A DNA stretch of 64,000 nt from Sphyrna mokarran (taxonomy: Eukaryota), in the NCBI GenBank assembly GCA_024679065.1, contig JAGIQG010000024.1, forward strand, positions 40,362,001 through 40,426,000, given 5' to 3'. Shown one piece after another: positions 1 to 13,256 of the stretch. The notes under the pieces were generated by a model. It worked only from the letters and a program-made list of their open reading frames with translations, was not told the origin of the DNA and did no database searches. The first letter of the stretch is position 1; every line of letters starts with the position of its first letter. Position numbers and translations under genes: made by a program.

Positions 1-56
1 AACTTGTTTATTTAAACAAATTTATTGAACACAAAAGTAGTGATGTTATGTTTCCA

Positions 57-435
57 TTGTACAGGACATTGATGAGACCATATCTGGAATATTGTGTATA
101 GTTTTGGTTTCCTTACTTAAGGGAGGATGTAAATGCACTGGAGGCAATTCAGTTCACTAGACTAATACCTGGAATGAATGGGTTGTCTTATGAGAGAAGA
201 TTGGACAAACTAGGCTTCTGAACTCCAGCAGATATAAGAGAGAACTTGTTTGAAACATGTAAGATCCTGACAGGTCTTGATGGGTTGCTGTAGAGAGGCT
301 GTTTCTTCTCGTGGGGGAATCACTGTTTAAAAATAGAGTTTTTAAGACAGGCCCATTCAAGATAGATATTAAGGTATTTTGTTCTCAGAAGGCTATGAAT
401 CTTTGGAACTCTCCTTCAAAAGACACTGCAAGCTG
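57..435 (+). mobile_element. Degenerate CR1 LINE 3' fragment (ORF2 C-terminus)
   Basis: Decayed match to the CR1 C-terminal motif L-V-R-P-H-L-E-Y-C-V-Q-F-W-S-P (agaccatatctggaatattgtgtatagttttgg) seen intact elsewhere in the window. Confidence 0.75.
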
Positions 436-813
436 CATCTTGTGAATAAACCCACTGTCAAGAAAAATAATTGTTTTATTTCACACCACTAATTGGCTTG
501 GGTTCATTTAACAAAATGACAACTATTCATACAAAATATTTTGAGATGTTGGCCATTTGTCCCCTAGGTAGATTTATTGTTACAATGAATGTGTGAACAT
601 AATTAAGTTGTACATGTTTTGATGTCTAAAGCCAGCTTTTACAGAACATCAGACCACATGAAACTCATTCTTCATGATCCAGAAAGATGCAAGCATTTAT
701 CAAAGCACAGTAATAAAAATGAATAGGAGTTTAATGCTCAGAAATAACGTGCTGTTTAATTTTAAACTTTTAAACAAGGGAAATACTGACTTCTGGCCTT
801 TCTGTTGTTACAG

Positions 814-942
814 AATGTTTAACAATGATGGAGAAGAGGTGAAGCGAACAACATTTGCAGCTAGTGGCAGTTACACCAGTGCGCTGACAGAAGGATCCTT
901 TGACCTCTTTGGTGACAGAGTCATTAAGCTTGGCACTAATAT
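814..942 (+). CDS. OSCP1: OSCP1 internal coding exon (first visible in window)
   Basis: ttacag|A ATG...AAT AT|gtaagc. Encodes MFNNDGEEVKRTTFAASGSYTSALTEGSFDLFGDRVIKLGTNM, matching the vertebrate OSCP1 segment ...EGSFELYGDRVLKLGTNM. Phase 2/2. Confidence 0.93.
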
Positions 943-1079
943 GTAAGCATTCCATAATCCACTCCCTCAGTGTCACTTCGGTATCAGTCCCAGAAGGCTT
1001 AAGCTCATCCAACTCTCTCCATCTGCCTTACAATATACCACTGTGGAATGAATGAAGAATCAAGAAGTCTCACTCAAAA

Positions 1080-1640
1080 ATGTTGCAACCGTACAAAACT
1101 CTGGTGCGGCTGTACTTGGAGTGTTGCGTACAGTTCTGGTTGCCGCATTATAAGAAAGATGTGGAGGCATTGGAAAGGATGCAGAGGAGATTTAACAGGA
1201 TGTTGCCTGGTATGGTGGGAAGGTTTTATGAGGAAAGGCTGAGGGACGTGAGGTTATTTTTGTTAGAGAGAAGAAGGTTAAGAGGTGATCTAATTGAGGC
1301 ATACAAGATGATCAGAGGGTTAGATAGGGTAGACAATGACAGCCTTTTTCCTCGGATGGTGATGGCTAACATGAGGCAACATAGCTTTAAATTAAGGCGT
1401 GATAGTTATAGGACAGATGTCAGAGGTAGGTTCTTTACTCAGAGGGTAGTAAGGCGTGGAATGCCCTGCCTGCAGCAGTTGTGGACTCGCCAACTTTAAG
1501 GGTGTTCAAATGGTCAGTGGATAGGCATATGGATAACATTGGAATAGTTTAGGTCAGAGGGTCGTTAGATTGGTTCCACTGGTCGGCACAACATCGAGGG
1601 CCAAAGGGCCTATACTGCGCTGTAATGTTCTATGTTCTAA
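1080..1640 (+). mobile_element. CR1 LINE 3' end, 5'-truncated
   Basis: ORF 1080-1499 has KTLVRLYLECCVQFWLPHY...LERRRLRGDLIEAYK. Ends in gggcc...gtaatgttctatgttcta tail. Same subfamily as 55375-56218. Confidence 0.93.
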
Positions 1641-2034
1641 AAATGATTCATTTGGCATTCTTGGTGGATAAGGCCCTATCTTGCACCAAATGCTGTTCAG
1701 CCATTATGTCTGTGCTCTGTGACCTACATTGACCTGCAGTTAAACAATACCTTGATTTTAAAATTCTCATCCTTGTTTATAAATCCCTCTTTGACCTCTA
1801 ATCTCTTACAGCCCATCGCATTGCGGAATATTGGCGTTTCTCTCATTCCTGCCTCTTTAGCATCTCTGATTTCAGTCCCTCCACTGTTGGTGGCTGTGCC
1901 TTCAGTAATTGGGCTCTAGAATTCCCTCCCTAAACCTCCTTGCTTTTCCACCTCATTTCCCTCCTTTAAGATAATCCTTTAAATCTACTTCTTTGGCTCA
2001 TCTGCCCATATACTATTTTATGTGTCATTCTTCA

Positions 2035-3670
2035 CAGTGAAAAACAGAAATAACATGCCAAAAATTAATGACAAGAAAGCTATGGCAGGTGAGAACCTAG
2101 AAACTATGGTTATCACTAAAGAGGTAGTGTTGGGCAAATTATTGGGGCTGATGGAATGCATCCCAGGGTATTAAAAGAGATGGCGGGAGAAACAGCAAAT
2201 CCACTATGGTAATTTACCAAAATTCACTCGACTCTGGGGTCATTCCCACAGATTGGAAAACAGCAAATGTGACACCATTGTTTTAAAAAAATAGTGGATA
2301 AAAGGCAGGTAACTATAGGCCTGTTAACTTAATTTCTGTAGCAGAGAAAATGCTTGAATCATTCACCAAGGAAGAAATAGCGAGACATCGGGATATAAAT
2401 TGTCCCATTGGTAAGACGCTGCATGGGTTCATGAAGGGAAGGTCATGTTTGACTAATTTGGTGGAATTCTTTGAGAACACTACATGTGCAGTGGACAGTG
2501 GGGAACCTTTGGATGTAGTTATGGGGATTTCCGGAAGGCATTTAACAAGGTGCCGCATCAGACTGCTACATATGATAAAGATGTAAGGTGTTATGAGTAA
2601 CGTATTAGCATGGATGAAGAATTGGTTAATTAATAAAGTCAAGAGTAGGGATAAATGGGTGTTTTTTTTTGATTGTTGATCAGTGTTGGGACCTCAATCG
2701 TTTATGATTTACAGAGATGATTTTGGGGTGGGGACCAAGTGTAGCGTGTCAAAATTCGCAGGTGATGCTGAGGTCAGTGGCAGAGCAAAGAGTGCAGAAT
2801 ATGCTGAAAAACTGCAAAGGGATATAGATAGTCTCAGTGAGTGGGTGAGGGTGTGGCAGATGGAGTACAATGTTGATAGATGTGAGGTCATCCATTTTGG
2901 TAGGAATAACAGCAAAATGGATTGTTATTTAAATTGTAAAAAATTGCGCTATGCTGCAGTGCAGAGGAACCTGGATGTCCTTTACAAGAATCACAAGGAG
3001 TTGGTTTGTAGATGCAGCAGGTAATTAAGAAGGCAAATTAAATTTTATCCTTCATTGCCAGTGGGATGGAGTTTGAAAACAGTGAGGTTATGTTGTAGCT
3101 GTAAAAGGTGCTGGTGAGGCCGTAGTAGGAGTACTGTGTGCGGTTTGGTTTCCTTACTTGAGAAAAGATATACTGGCACTGGAGGGGATGCAGAGGAGAT
3201 TCACTAGGTTGATTCTAAAATTGAAAGTGTTGGCTTATGAGGTGAGAGTGAGTGGACTGAGGCCATTCTCACTGGAATTCAGAAGAATGAGGGGAGATCT
3301 TTTAGCAACATATAAGATTTTGAAGGGAATTGATAAGATAGAAGCAGGAAAGTTGTTTCCACTGGTGGGTGAAACTAGAGCTAGGGGGCATAGCGTCTAA
3401 TTGAGGGGAAGCAAATTTAGGACTGAATTGAGGAGGAACTCTTTTACACAAAGGGTTTTGAATCTGTGGAATTCCCTGTCCACTATAAGCTATCTTATTG
3501 AATGTTTTTAAGGCAAGGATAAATAGATTTTTAAACAAGTAAAGGAGTTAAAGGTTATGGTAAGTGGCCAGGTAGGTGGGGCTAAGTCACAAAAAGGTCA
3601 GCCATGATCTTATTGAACGGCAGAGCAGGTTTGAGGTGTCAAATGGCCTTCCCCTGGTGCTAGCTCTTAT
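2035..3670 (+). mobile_element. Old CR1 LINE ORF2 fragment (RT and 3' end), frameshifted
   Basis: HGFMKGRSCLTNLVEFFE, KFAGDAEV (decayed FADD), LQRDIDSL..WQMEYNVDRCEVIHFG and RRMRGDL motifs across broken frames. Confidence 0.9.
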
Positions 3671-3949
3671 ATGGCTTGAAAACATATTTTGTAATGTTCT
3701 GAAATACCTTGAGATGAAATTTTACACTAAAGCCTTTATATAAATGCAGATTGTTACTGTTATAGAACTCAGCAATGCATATCAAAAGATCAAACTTTGT
3801 TTTCTCAGCTGTATGCCTCACTGCTTCAATTGGTGGGGTTCTTACACACCAATTAATTATTTTTGGCACTACAGTTGACCTTAGCATCCAGGGGCCAGGA
3901 AGTGGGTGTGTGTGTGTATGTTCACATCTGTTGAATGAGGTTATGCTTA

Positions 3950-4525
3950 ACTGAGTTACCTTCCAGCTGGTGAATATCCTGCCAACATTTTGCTTAAATT
4001 ATGTAAGAAGAGATGACACTTCATTGAGTCATAACTATTGACTGTCAAGCAGAGATGGAAAGATTCTGTAAAGTTGGAGATAGTCTTTGCTTGGCATTTG
4101 AGCAAAATCTGTTTGCCAGTAATCAGTGAAGCCTGAATGTTTTTGCTACTGTATCTGTGGGGTTGTGAATGGCATTGAATATGGTGCAATCTATCTGCCA
4201 AAGTCCGCACTTCTGACCGTATGTTCCAGGGAGGGTCATTGATGGAGCAGCTGATGATTAGGCTTAAGGTATTGCCCTAAGAAATCTCTGCAGCGATGTC
4301 CTGGGGCTGAAATAATTGACATTCAACAATCTCAACCATCTTCCTTTGTGCTGGGTATGACTACAATAAGTAGAGAGGTTCAATCCTGATTTCCATTTAT
4401 TTCAATTTACCAGTGCTTCTTGATGTCACACTCTGTCAAATGCCACCTTGATATGAAGGACAGCCACTCTTACCTAGCATCTGGAATTCAGCTGTTTTGT
4501 CCATGTTTGGACCAGGGTTGTATGT
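3950..4525 (-). mobile_element. Decayed L2/CR1-group LINE RT fragment (family distinct from main CR1)
   Basis: Reverse complement resembles a PQGSVLGP..FSCFINDLP RT motif. Homologous to 25690-27250 (shared caaccatcttcctttgtgct). Confidence 0.6.
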
Positions 4526-5717
4526 TTAAGCTATACATGGAGTAAATGATAAGTGTCATTTGGTTCGTTTAAAGGATGAAGGAAGCAGTAAATGAACAAT
4601 TCAGTTGAAGCACTGTGATTGTGCTGCATTAGTCCTCATTCACTCCAGGAAATTCAGCAACTGTTACTTCAACTAAATCACTTCAACTTTCTTACACTAT
4701 TACTTTCACTGCCTCCCATGCCAAGGTGCTTCAGGAATCACCACCGATTTGTCTGTCATCTTTATAGGAATGGCAGTGGGTTATATTGCATCTCTTCCCC
4801 AAATGTTACATAGGTCTTAAGGTAATTGAGCTACTGTGTGGGGTTCAGGTAGTAGGGTATTACCTGATGTATGATTGAACCATACTGGCTTCATCTATAT
4901 TTATGCTGATTCAGTTTATTTCTATGTAGTGATGTTATAGTTGACTGTACCCAGAGAGGGAAGAACCTAGCCTGGGTTCCTGATTGTAATCCATTAGCTC
5001 CTCCCTTGGGAAGTGTGATTAGGTGGGACAGTAGTGATACTTCTCATGACCTGCAGAACTTTGCTGCTGTCCAGACTTGCCACTTAACTAGTTTCTGAAG
5101 GATATTTAGTCTGTTGTGGAAGAGTCATACTATGCCCCAAGCTTGAATTTGGAAAAAGTAGAAGGGGGAAATATTAAAGGTAACTTGTTCAATGAAGTCA
5201 TTGATGCCTGCCATTTACATTCTGAAAGCAGTGATAGTGAAAGAATGCCTAATGTCAACACTGTTCTGTGTGAATCAGTTCACAGTAATGTGAATCAGTT
5301 CACTTCTTTGTAAGTGGTCATTCTTCAAACCAGCAGACGCAAAAATGATATTTCTAACAGTGTCATGCGTGCATTAAAACAATAACTGGGATGAAATTGG
5401 TGGCAAGTTCCCACGCTAGTTACTATTAGTGCAGTTAATAAAGGGACCGATTGGGTCCAACAACAATTATTTCACATTATTTGTTACTGCTTCCTGTATA
5501 TTCAAGAAAGCAAAAGAGAATGAGCAATGCCCTATCTGCACTTAGTGAATGGGTGCAGGTTTGGGTGATTATTGTTCCGGGAAGCTGTCAATGGTGCTTG
5601 TTCATTAAATATGTTTTGCTTCCAAATAACTGAGCCAAAAGCTTTTTACTATTACTTTTTATTATTATTGATGTTGTGCTTCTTATTAAAACTCGTGCAT
5701 TGTCTCAACGGTCACAG

Positions 5718-5787
5718 GTACAGCGTTTCACGGCCTGTGGAAACACACATGTCAGGGACGTTGAAGAGCTCAGCTGCACGCACAAAG
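5718..5787 (+). CDS. OSCP1: OSCP1 coding exon
   Basis: cacag|G TAC AGC...ACA AAG|gtcagt. Encodes YSVSRPVETHMSGTLKSSAARTK (cf. YSVNQPVETHVSG). Phase compatible with both neighbours. Confidence 0.9.
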
Positions 5788-5899
5788 GTCAGTGCACACG
5801 ATCATTGCTGTTTCTAACTTCATCATGTTTTTATTGGTTATTCCCATTTTCTTTCCATTCCTCTCCTACAGCCAAACTAATTTATATTTTTATGTTAGT

Positions 5900-6650
5900 A
5901 TAACATGGGTAAATGTGAGGAAATGTGAACTTTTGGCAAGAAGAATAGGAAAGCAGTGTGTTATTTAAATTGGGAAAGATTACATATGCCTGTGGTACAG
6001 AGGGATCTGGGTGTCCTAGTACGCAAACTACAAAATGTTAGTCTCTAGGTACAGTGAATGATGAGGAAGACATATGGAATGTTAGTGTTTATTGCAAGGG
6101 GAATGGAATATAAAAGTAGGGATGTTTTACTGCAACTGTACAGGCCATGGCTGAGAACATATATCTGGAGTACTGTGTACGGTTTGTCTTCTTATTTGGA
6201 AAAAAATGTATAATTACTTTGGAAGCCTTTCAGAGAAAATTCACATGACTCGTTCTTGGGATGAAGGGTTAATCTTATGAAGAAACCCCTATAGTCATTT
6301 GAGTTTAGAAAAATTAGAGGTAATCACTCTAGATAGAGTGGATACTGGGAGGATGTTCCCTCTTGTGAGGGAGACGATAACTCAGGGATTGCTTAAAAAC
6401 AAAAGGCCTCCTTTTTAAAATGGAGATGAGGAAAAAACCTTTCTCTCAGAGGGTCGTTGGAGTGTTGAATTCTCTTTCCAAGAAGATCGTGTGACTGAGT
6501 TAGATTTTTGTTAGACTAGGGAGTCCAGGGTCCAGGAGCAAGGGAAGGTGGAATTGAGACTACAACCAGTTCAGCCATGATCTTATTGAACGGGGGAGTA
6601 GGCTGAGAGGTCCAAATGGCCTACCTCCGATCCTACATCCAATATATTCA
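5900..6650 (+). mobile_element. Degenerate CR1 3' fragment
   Basis: Decayed KCE..HFG / QRDLGV / LEYCV motifs and the cagccatgatcttattgaa...aaatggcctacc CR1 3' UTR. Confidence 0.8.
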
Positions 6651-6814
6651 ATGTAGAATGTCCATTGGGTCAATTTGTAATTTAAAGGTAAAGATAGGTA
6701 AAACAACATCAATAATTTGAATTTATACAGTACCTTTAATGTTGACATTGATTAATGACCTAAGCCAGCTGCATCTGAATAGCTATCAAGAAGGAATATA
6801 TGTGATGCATTGCT

Positions 6815-9800
6815 AAAAATAATTAATTTCATGTTCTTTGGATCAACTAACTACACAAATTTAAGTATGTATTTCTCTAGATTTAACTATTTTTAAATGT
6901 GTTATTTGCCCATAAATCATTCTCTACTTCAGAGTGCTTCATTGTAATATTTAATGCCAATGTGTCAAAACTAGCACCTGAATCAACCAACTCAATATGA
7001 CCAATTAAGGTTTGCAATTGCTCTATTCCTTTAGATATATTGATGATCCTAAGATCATCAGAGATGGGAGTAACAGTCTAAAATAGGATTGTTGATCTAA
7101 AATTATTGCAGACCTACTTTGCTTAATATCTAAATCTAAACCAATACATTTAAAATGAACCCAATTTTAAATTCTATGATGTAAAATCTACTTAATAGCA
7201 TGTTTCTCAAACTTCACAGTACACCCAACCGATAACTTCATTCTGAAGATGGCTGAATATTTTCTCTTTTGATACCAATGAATCATTGTGTAATCTACTT
7301 ATTGTTGAACACAGCCTATTTTCAGAACAGATCTGAATGAACGATAGCATACCTTAGAAACAACGGTTTAGGCCATTAACACAATTGAGGAACAGTTCCT
7401 TAAATTTATTTCTGCATCTGCATTTTTAGATGGTTTCAGAAACAATTTTCTCTGAAAAGTTTCAACTTGCGGAAACATAGCATTTAATCTACACTCCTGT
7501 GACTAGTAGCCAAAAGAGTTAGAAAGATTTTCAAGATCACTTTCCTCCAATATCTATGTTACCAAGTCACTCTTCAGAACCCCAACCCCAATGTGACAAA
7601 TCTGGTTGTCTTTCATCTGGTACTTTAGAATAAACTTCAAACTCTCTCCAACTATCTAATTCAATTTGTTTTGCCTCTTGTTAGTTTATCCTCATGTTTA
7701 TTGGTAGCTATCAAAACTTCATGGTCGTGAGAACTTGTGCTTCCAGTCCTATTAGGAAACTTTCTTGTGGCCTGCATTTTATTGTGTTACAGTCAAACTA
7801 TGGCCTCTTCCCTTTATGGCTGGTAAGGTTACAACGTAAAGATCACTTGCTGGAGAGTCTTTTTGTGATTGTTTTCTGATGCAAGAATCACTTTTGGACT
7901 CTCTACCGGTACTTGTGCTCCATTCTACCAGCCCATGGACCTCATTTCCATCCTCTGAAGATGCAACCATATCAGTAACTTTTCCTGAATGCCCATAATT
8001 GTCACATCCCTCCATTTAGTAAACCTTTCTAGAATGTCACACGAGTGATACCCAGGATAATTGGCTTTTGGATTTAACGGTTGTATCCTGTGTGTCATGA
8101 ACACACTTTTGACCACTATTTAGCTCCTTAATCTATTGTATTACATTCCTCAAGACCTTTATTACTTGATACAGGGTGCCTCATTTACTCCTATCAGCTG
8201 TTCAAAACCTGACAGTTAATTGTATTAATCGTAAGCAATGAACCTTAACAGTTTGATTCTCATGTTTGATAGGTACTGTTTTAACCATCTTGGCCTATTA
8301 CTTTATCAAGATTTTTCCATTCCCTGTGATCTTTTTTTCAATATGCCAAGTCTGTTGAATTCACTTCTGTCTCAGATGATCTTATATTCTGCATCAGAAC
8401 TTTCTGAATTTTCTCTGAGAACCCCAACCTTGATGAAAACCAGTCCTCTGCATGTAAAGCATTCAAAAGTGCAAAAAAAGAACTATTTGTAGGATCTTCC
8501 AGAGTGAGAGAACTATCACAAAACAGAGAAGGCAATTTGGAATTTTGACTATTGCCTGATTGATAAGAATAGGAAAAGATTTTCCCTCAATCGACATCTC
8601 ATTGTTATGCTTTACCACTGACTCATTATTTCCTTCATCCATGAGTAGGGTGAGCTGCATAGAACTTGTTTTGTTTAACTTAAGTTTTGTTTCCTCCTTG
8701 CACAGCCCTGGATCATTTAGTGTGGTGATAAGTGCGGAATTTGTGTTAAATACTCACATCAGTTTGGTAAAAATTTAGGAAGTAAAATGTGATTCCTGAT
8801 GAACATCATTGACACTTCAAACTGGTGCATCAACTCCTGCAAAAGACTGTAGAATGTTGTATCAGACATTATATGGAATATTACATTCTGTATTTTCTGT
8901 ATTCTTTTGCAAGAGTGCTGCTGATTCTAAATTATTGGCATGTTGGAGAATCGTAGAATGGTTACAGCAGAAACCATTCAATCCCTAGGTCTCTGTGAGC
9001 TCTCTGCAAGAACAATTCAACCAGTGCTACTGTGTTTTGTGCCATAGGCCTGCAATTATTTCCTTTGTAGTTAATGACCATTTCTGTTTTGTTTTGAAAG
9101 CCGCATTGAAAGTACCTCAACTACTCTGAGGAGAGCATTCCAGATTGTAACCACTCTGACATAAGAGAGTTTTTCCACAATCACCATTTCTTCTTTTGCT
9201 AATCACCTTACAACAGCTTTCCCTGGTTCTCAATCCTTGCACTAGTTTGAAGATTCTCCCTGTGTCCAGACCTTTCATGATTTTGAAAACATCCGTCAAA
9301 CATCCTTTCAACCTTCACTTCATCAAGGGAAACATCTACAGATTTGAACTTTTAGTTACTAACTAAAAGAATAACACATCGAATGAAATTTTCTGGCCGC
9401 ACTTGCCCCAAAACCATAAAATCTTGCCGGAGGTCAATGGACCTTTCCATGGTCTGCCCCTCATCCGCTCCACCCCCAGGGCAGGTGGGGCAGTAAAATT
9501 CCAGCCATCAAGTTGCAAATTTTTCAAACTTGTAATGAATAACTAAAAGCACTATTGACTAAGTGCAATTTTCTTTTTGTAAGTAACTTAGACTTCAAAT
9601 CACACAGAGAAACATTTCCCTTTCATACTTAACACATATTGCACTTTCCACAGAACTACAGTTCTTTTAGCAACTGTCCACAATTGCTCCCAACTTTTGA
9701 TAGATTGCTTCCTTTTTACATTAACAGCCAGTTAACTTGAATTCTAGAACTGACTTTTGCTGTGAGGGTTAGACTGGAAACTCTTTCCCTCCAACCCAAG

Positions 9801-10480
9801 CTGGAGAAGTCTTCCAGGCCTCTTTGAAATTCTTATGAATTCAGAATCTGAGCGCTCACACACATTCTGATTGGTTAACAACAGAGTCAGCACTTTCTCT
9901 ACTTCTAGTGCATGACCGTTTGGATGGAATTTACCGGCACTCCACTCGAGGTGAAAGGAGAATGCCGTTCTCCAAGCCTCGTCCACCCCCAAAATTGGGT
10001 AGGACATGCTGGTAAAATTCCAGACACTGCCTCTATCTCCTGCTCTCCACCTCCTGGATGATTGCAGACTGTCTTTGATTCCTGTTGATTTGGAGGGAGG
10101 TCTGTAACCTGATCTCAAACATGGCTTCCTCTGCTTCCTTTCCCTTGACCGCGTGAGTAACATATCTAGGAAGAATCGCTAATTAGCTATCTTTGATCCC
10201 AACTCACTTTCAACTTAAAAACACATGGATAGGTAATAGAACCACTGTTTACAACCCAATATGACAAACTTTTGGGAGATCCAGGGTCTACTCATTGTTA
10301 ACTTGGAAACCACTGCCATTGTCTCCGTGTAAATGTCTTGCACCTTCTTAATAAAACAATCTAAGACATCCTTTGCTCTCTAACAATTTAACCGTTCAGA
10401 CTTTATATCAGGCAGACTGCAGAACAGTTTAGATGACCTCCTTCCATTTACTTAAACTTAAAGGCACAGTTTCAAAACAT
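6815..10480 (-). mobile_element. Decayed Copia-order LTR retrotransposon (integrase then RT), GalEa-like, interrupted by CR1 and MITEs
   Basis: Minus-strand peptides: NALH...SEKIQKVLMQNIR (ORF 8338-8535), EWKNLDKVIGQDG and KHENQTVKVH (~8240-8325), then RT-like ILKIFLTLLAT, FQRKLFLKPSK, NCVNGLN, FKCIGLD (~7130-7540). INT lies upstream of RT. Boundaries approximate. Confidence 0.7.
8950..9335 (-). mobile_element. Degenerate CR1 3' end inserted in the Copia relic
   Basis: ORF 9117-9311 has DVFKIMKGLD..IFKLV. agaatcgtagaatggttacagc is the reverse-complement tail. Confidence 0.7.
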
Positions 10481-10974
10481 CATGATTCCACACGTCTCAA
10501 AATCTCTTTTTTTTAATAATTTTTTTCAGATCCAGATATGGATGAAGTATTGACTAACCTGATTGCTCTATAAAAATTCACTTTAGGTACCTCCTCAGGT
10601 TCATTCCACCTTCAGCTGCCAAACTAATTAACAGAAACCTCATTGATTCATATCTGTCCTATCACCATTTATCTACGTCCAAAGCTCTTCATGAGGATTG
10701 GTAACAAGCTGTTATTTCTTATCAAACTGTTGAACACATTGTTGTTCATTAACATAACTCATTCTCTATTTCTACACACTGACTTTTGCATTACAACAAG
10801 CATCTTAATGAAATAAGGCTAACTAAAGAGCTTAACATATGTTTTGTAATATGGTTATTTGTTTTAATTATCTGCCCAGTTGTTCTACCATAATTGCAGA
10901 GCCCTCATCTGACTAAAGTCCCTTTATCGGACTTGCAACAGCTGTTATCACATCTTTATTCTTTTAGGGCTTGG

Positions 10975-11585
10975 GCATCACTGGTTAAACCAGCATATAC
11001 AGCCATCCCTAATTGCCGTTGAAAAGGCAGTGGTGAATTGTCTTCTTGAACTGCTAGTGCAAGTGGTAGGAAGACTGACAGTGCTGTTAGGAAGGGACCC
11101 AGTGACAATGAGAAAACAGTGATATAGTTCCAAGGCTGGTTGGCGCCTTCTGGTGGCGATGTTCCTATGCATCTGCTGTTCTTGTCTTTCTAGATGGTAG
11201 AGAGTGAGAATTTGGAAGGTGCTCTGAAGGATTCTTGATGAGTTGCTGCTGTGCATATTGTAGATGTTGTACTGTGTAGGGAGTGAATATTTAAGCTGGT
11301 GGATCGGGCACCAATCAAATGGGCTGTTTTTTTTTCTTGGATGGTGTCCAGTTTCTTGTGTTGTTGGGAGCTGCACTCATTCGGGCAGGTGGAGAGTATT
11401 CTTTCACCCTTCTGACTTGTGCCTCGTAACTTATAGACAGGCTTTCTAAAATCAGTAGGTAAATTACTCTCTGCAGAATCCCTAGCCCCTCTCTTGCTGT
11501 TGTAATGGTTCTATTATGGTAGTATTTATACAGCTGGTCTGGTTCATTTTCTGGTCAAATAGTCACCCCCTCAGAATATTGATCA
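10975..11585 (-). mobile_element. L2/CR1-group LINE 3' fragment
   Basis: catccctaattgccgttgaaaaggcagtggtga tail plus ORF remnants. Homologous to 25690-25870. Confidence 0.6.
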
Positions 11586-11697
11586 TTCATTCCAGTAGTT
11601 TTATTTCTAGAGAAATTAACCCTTAACCTTGGGGAGCAGGGGTGGGGGGCAGTTAAAATCCCTAGCTTATTCTTTTGCTTTAACAAGAAAGAAGGAC

Positions 11698-11839
11698 ACT
11701 GGAAAAACTCAACAGCTCTGGCAGCATCTATCAGGAGAGAAACAGAGTAAACACAGAGTCTGTGTACTCAAAATTTTAACTCTGTTTATTCTGTTTCTCT
11801 CCCAATAGATGCTGACAAGAGCTGCTGAGTTTTTCCAGT
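11698..11839. repeat. Inverted-repeat (hairpin) element, probably PLE terminal-repeat derived
   Basis: Arms actggaaaaactcaacagctctggcagcatcta...gagagaaacagag and ctgtttctctc...tagatgctgacaagagctgctgagtttttccagt are reverse complements. Confidence 0.75.
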
Positions 11840-12279
11840 ATCCTCTATTCTTGTTTCAGATTCCAGCATATGCAGTATTTTGTTTATTTTATTCTTTTAC
11901 TTGTTTTAAGATAACTAAACATACCTTTTATTTTAAGCATATTTCTTGGGTTTTAACCTATATTCACCACACTTTCAAAGTACTGCATTGGCCATAGAGT
12001 GCTTTGATAACCTTGAGGTCAGAAAAAGGCTCTACAATATTTGTTTTCTCTTTTTGCGTTTTTAGAATGCATTTACTACGTTGCCATTTACAATCATGTT
12101 ACCAATGAGTGCCGGATGGTGTCTCTGCTGCAGAATCAAATCAGCATCGTGTTTTGGCTTGACTCTGGGATATTGATGCTGTGATGACAATTTACTCAGT
12201 GTGTCAGATTCCTTCCTATAATCTATCATTCACTTGTTTGTTTTTTTTAAATGTCATTGTTTCCTGTTCTTCATTCCAG

Positions 12280-12419
12280 GAGAATGCAGCTCCCAACCCT
12301 CTGGCTAAGGAGGAGCTGAACCTGCTGGCACAGTTAATGGGAGGTGTAGAGAGCAAGAAGCCTGTGGGTACTGAGCCAGGGTTTCGGCTGAATCTGTTTG
12401 GCACAGATGAGGAGGAAGA
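12280..12419 (+). CDS. OSCP1: OSCP1 coding exon
   Basis: ttccag|GAG AAT...GAA GA|gtaagt. Encodes ENAAPNPLAKEELNLLAQLMGGVESKKPVGTEPGFRLNLFGTDEEE, a strong OSCP1 match (APNPLAKEELN...GFRLNLF). Confidence 0.95.
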
Positions 12420-13256
12420 GTAAGTTGATTGCTTTTTTTTTAGTTGTGTGCCTTTTGCAGGAACAAAACGTGCATATACATCCACACATCCCTTCTCACA
12501 GACACCTCATGTGCATTCAGTTGCACCCCTTTCACATCCATATGTCCACATCTATGCATGATCTCACACACACATCCATGTTCATATATTTTCTCCCACA
12601 TGTTCACACACCCCACTGTGCACACGTTCACAGGTACGGAAGTGCAGAATTGACTCCTTGCTGTAAGATTCTATGAAAATTATTTTTTTTCACTTCTCAC
12701 AATGCCTCTGACATATCCTCGTTACGAATGGGAGTCAACTCAGACGAGTGCCTTGCATATTCTAATGGCACTCGTATTGTAGAAACCCGGTGTGGTATTA
12801 CTGTTTATGTTCTCAGCCGGGAAATTACGCATAATGTCAGTTAACCCAAAATCAAGGCAGGAAATTAATACATTTAGAATGATTTAATCCTCCACACACA
12901 CAGGAATTGTGTTGCTGTTACATCCTGCAGGAAGACCATATGGGCAGTGTATCTCTGAGAGAGAGGGAAATCCGAGGCATTTGCCATTATGTTAGATCGT
13001 GGTCTCGATCTAAACCAGGCCTTTAGATCTTAGTCCAGTGAAGGCAGTGGTAATGTAGTATCACCATAAAGCATTACCAATGAACATTACCATAACACAA
13101 CAAAATTAACCAGATATGGTGGAAATACAGGCTTGGTGCATACCATATTATGTGTGTAAGAAAGTGTTATTTATTGCAGTCTGATGTATTCTAAAGAATG
13201 AAGCAGGTTCTTCACAGCCACAGTAAGTTATGTTTTGGCCTATTTTTGCCTTCTAG

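Noticed and set aside
7033-7050. Plus-strand YIDD resembling an RT active site
   Set aside because: Isolated; the surrounding homology is to the minus-strand Copia relic.
12440-12653. His/Thr-rich ORFs after the OSCP1 exon
   Set aside because: CA-rich low-complexity intronic sequence.
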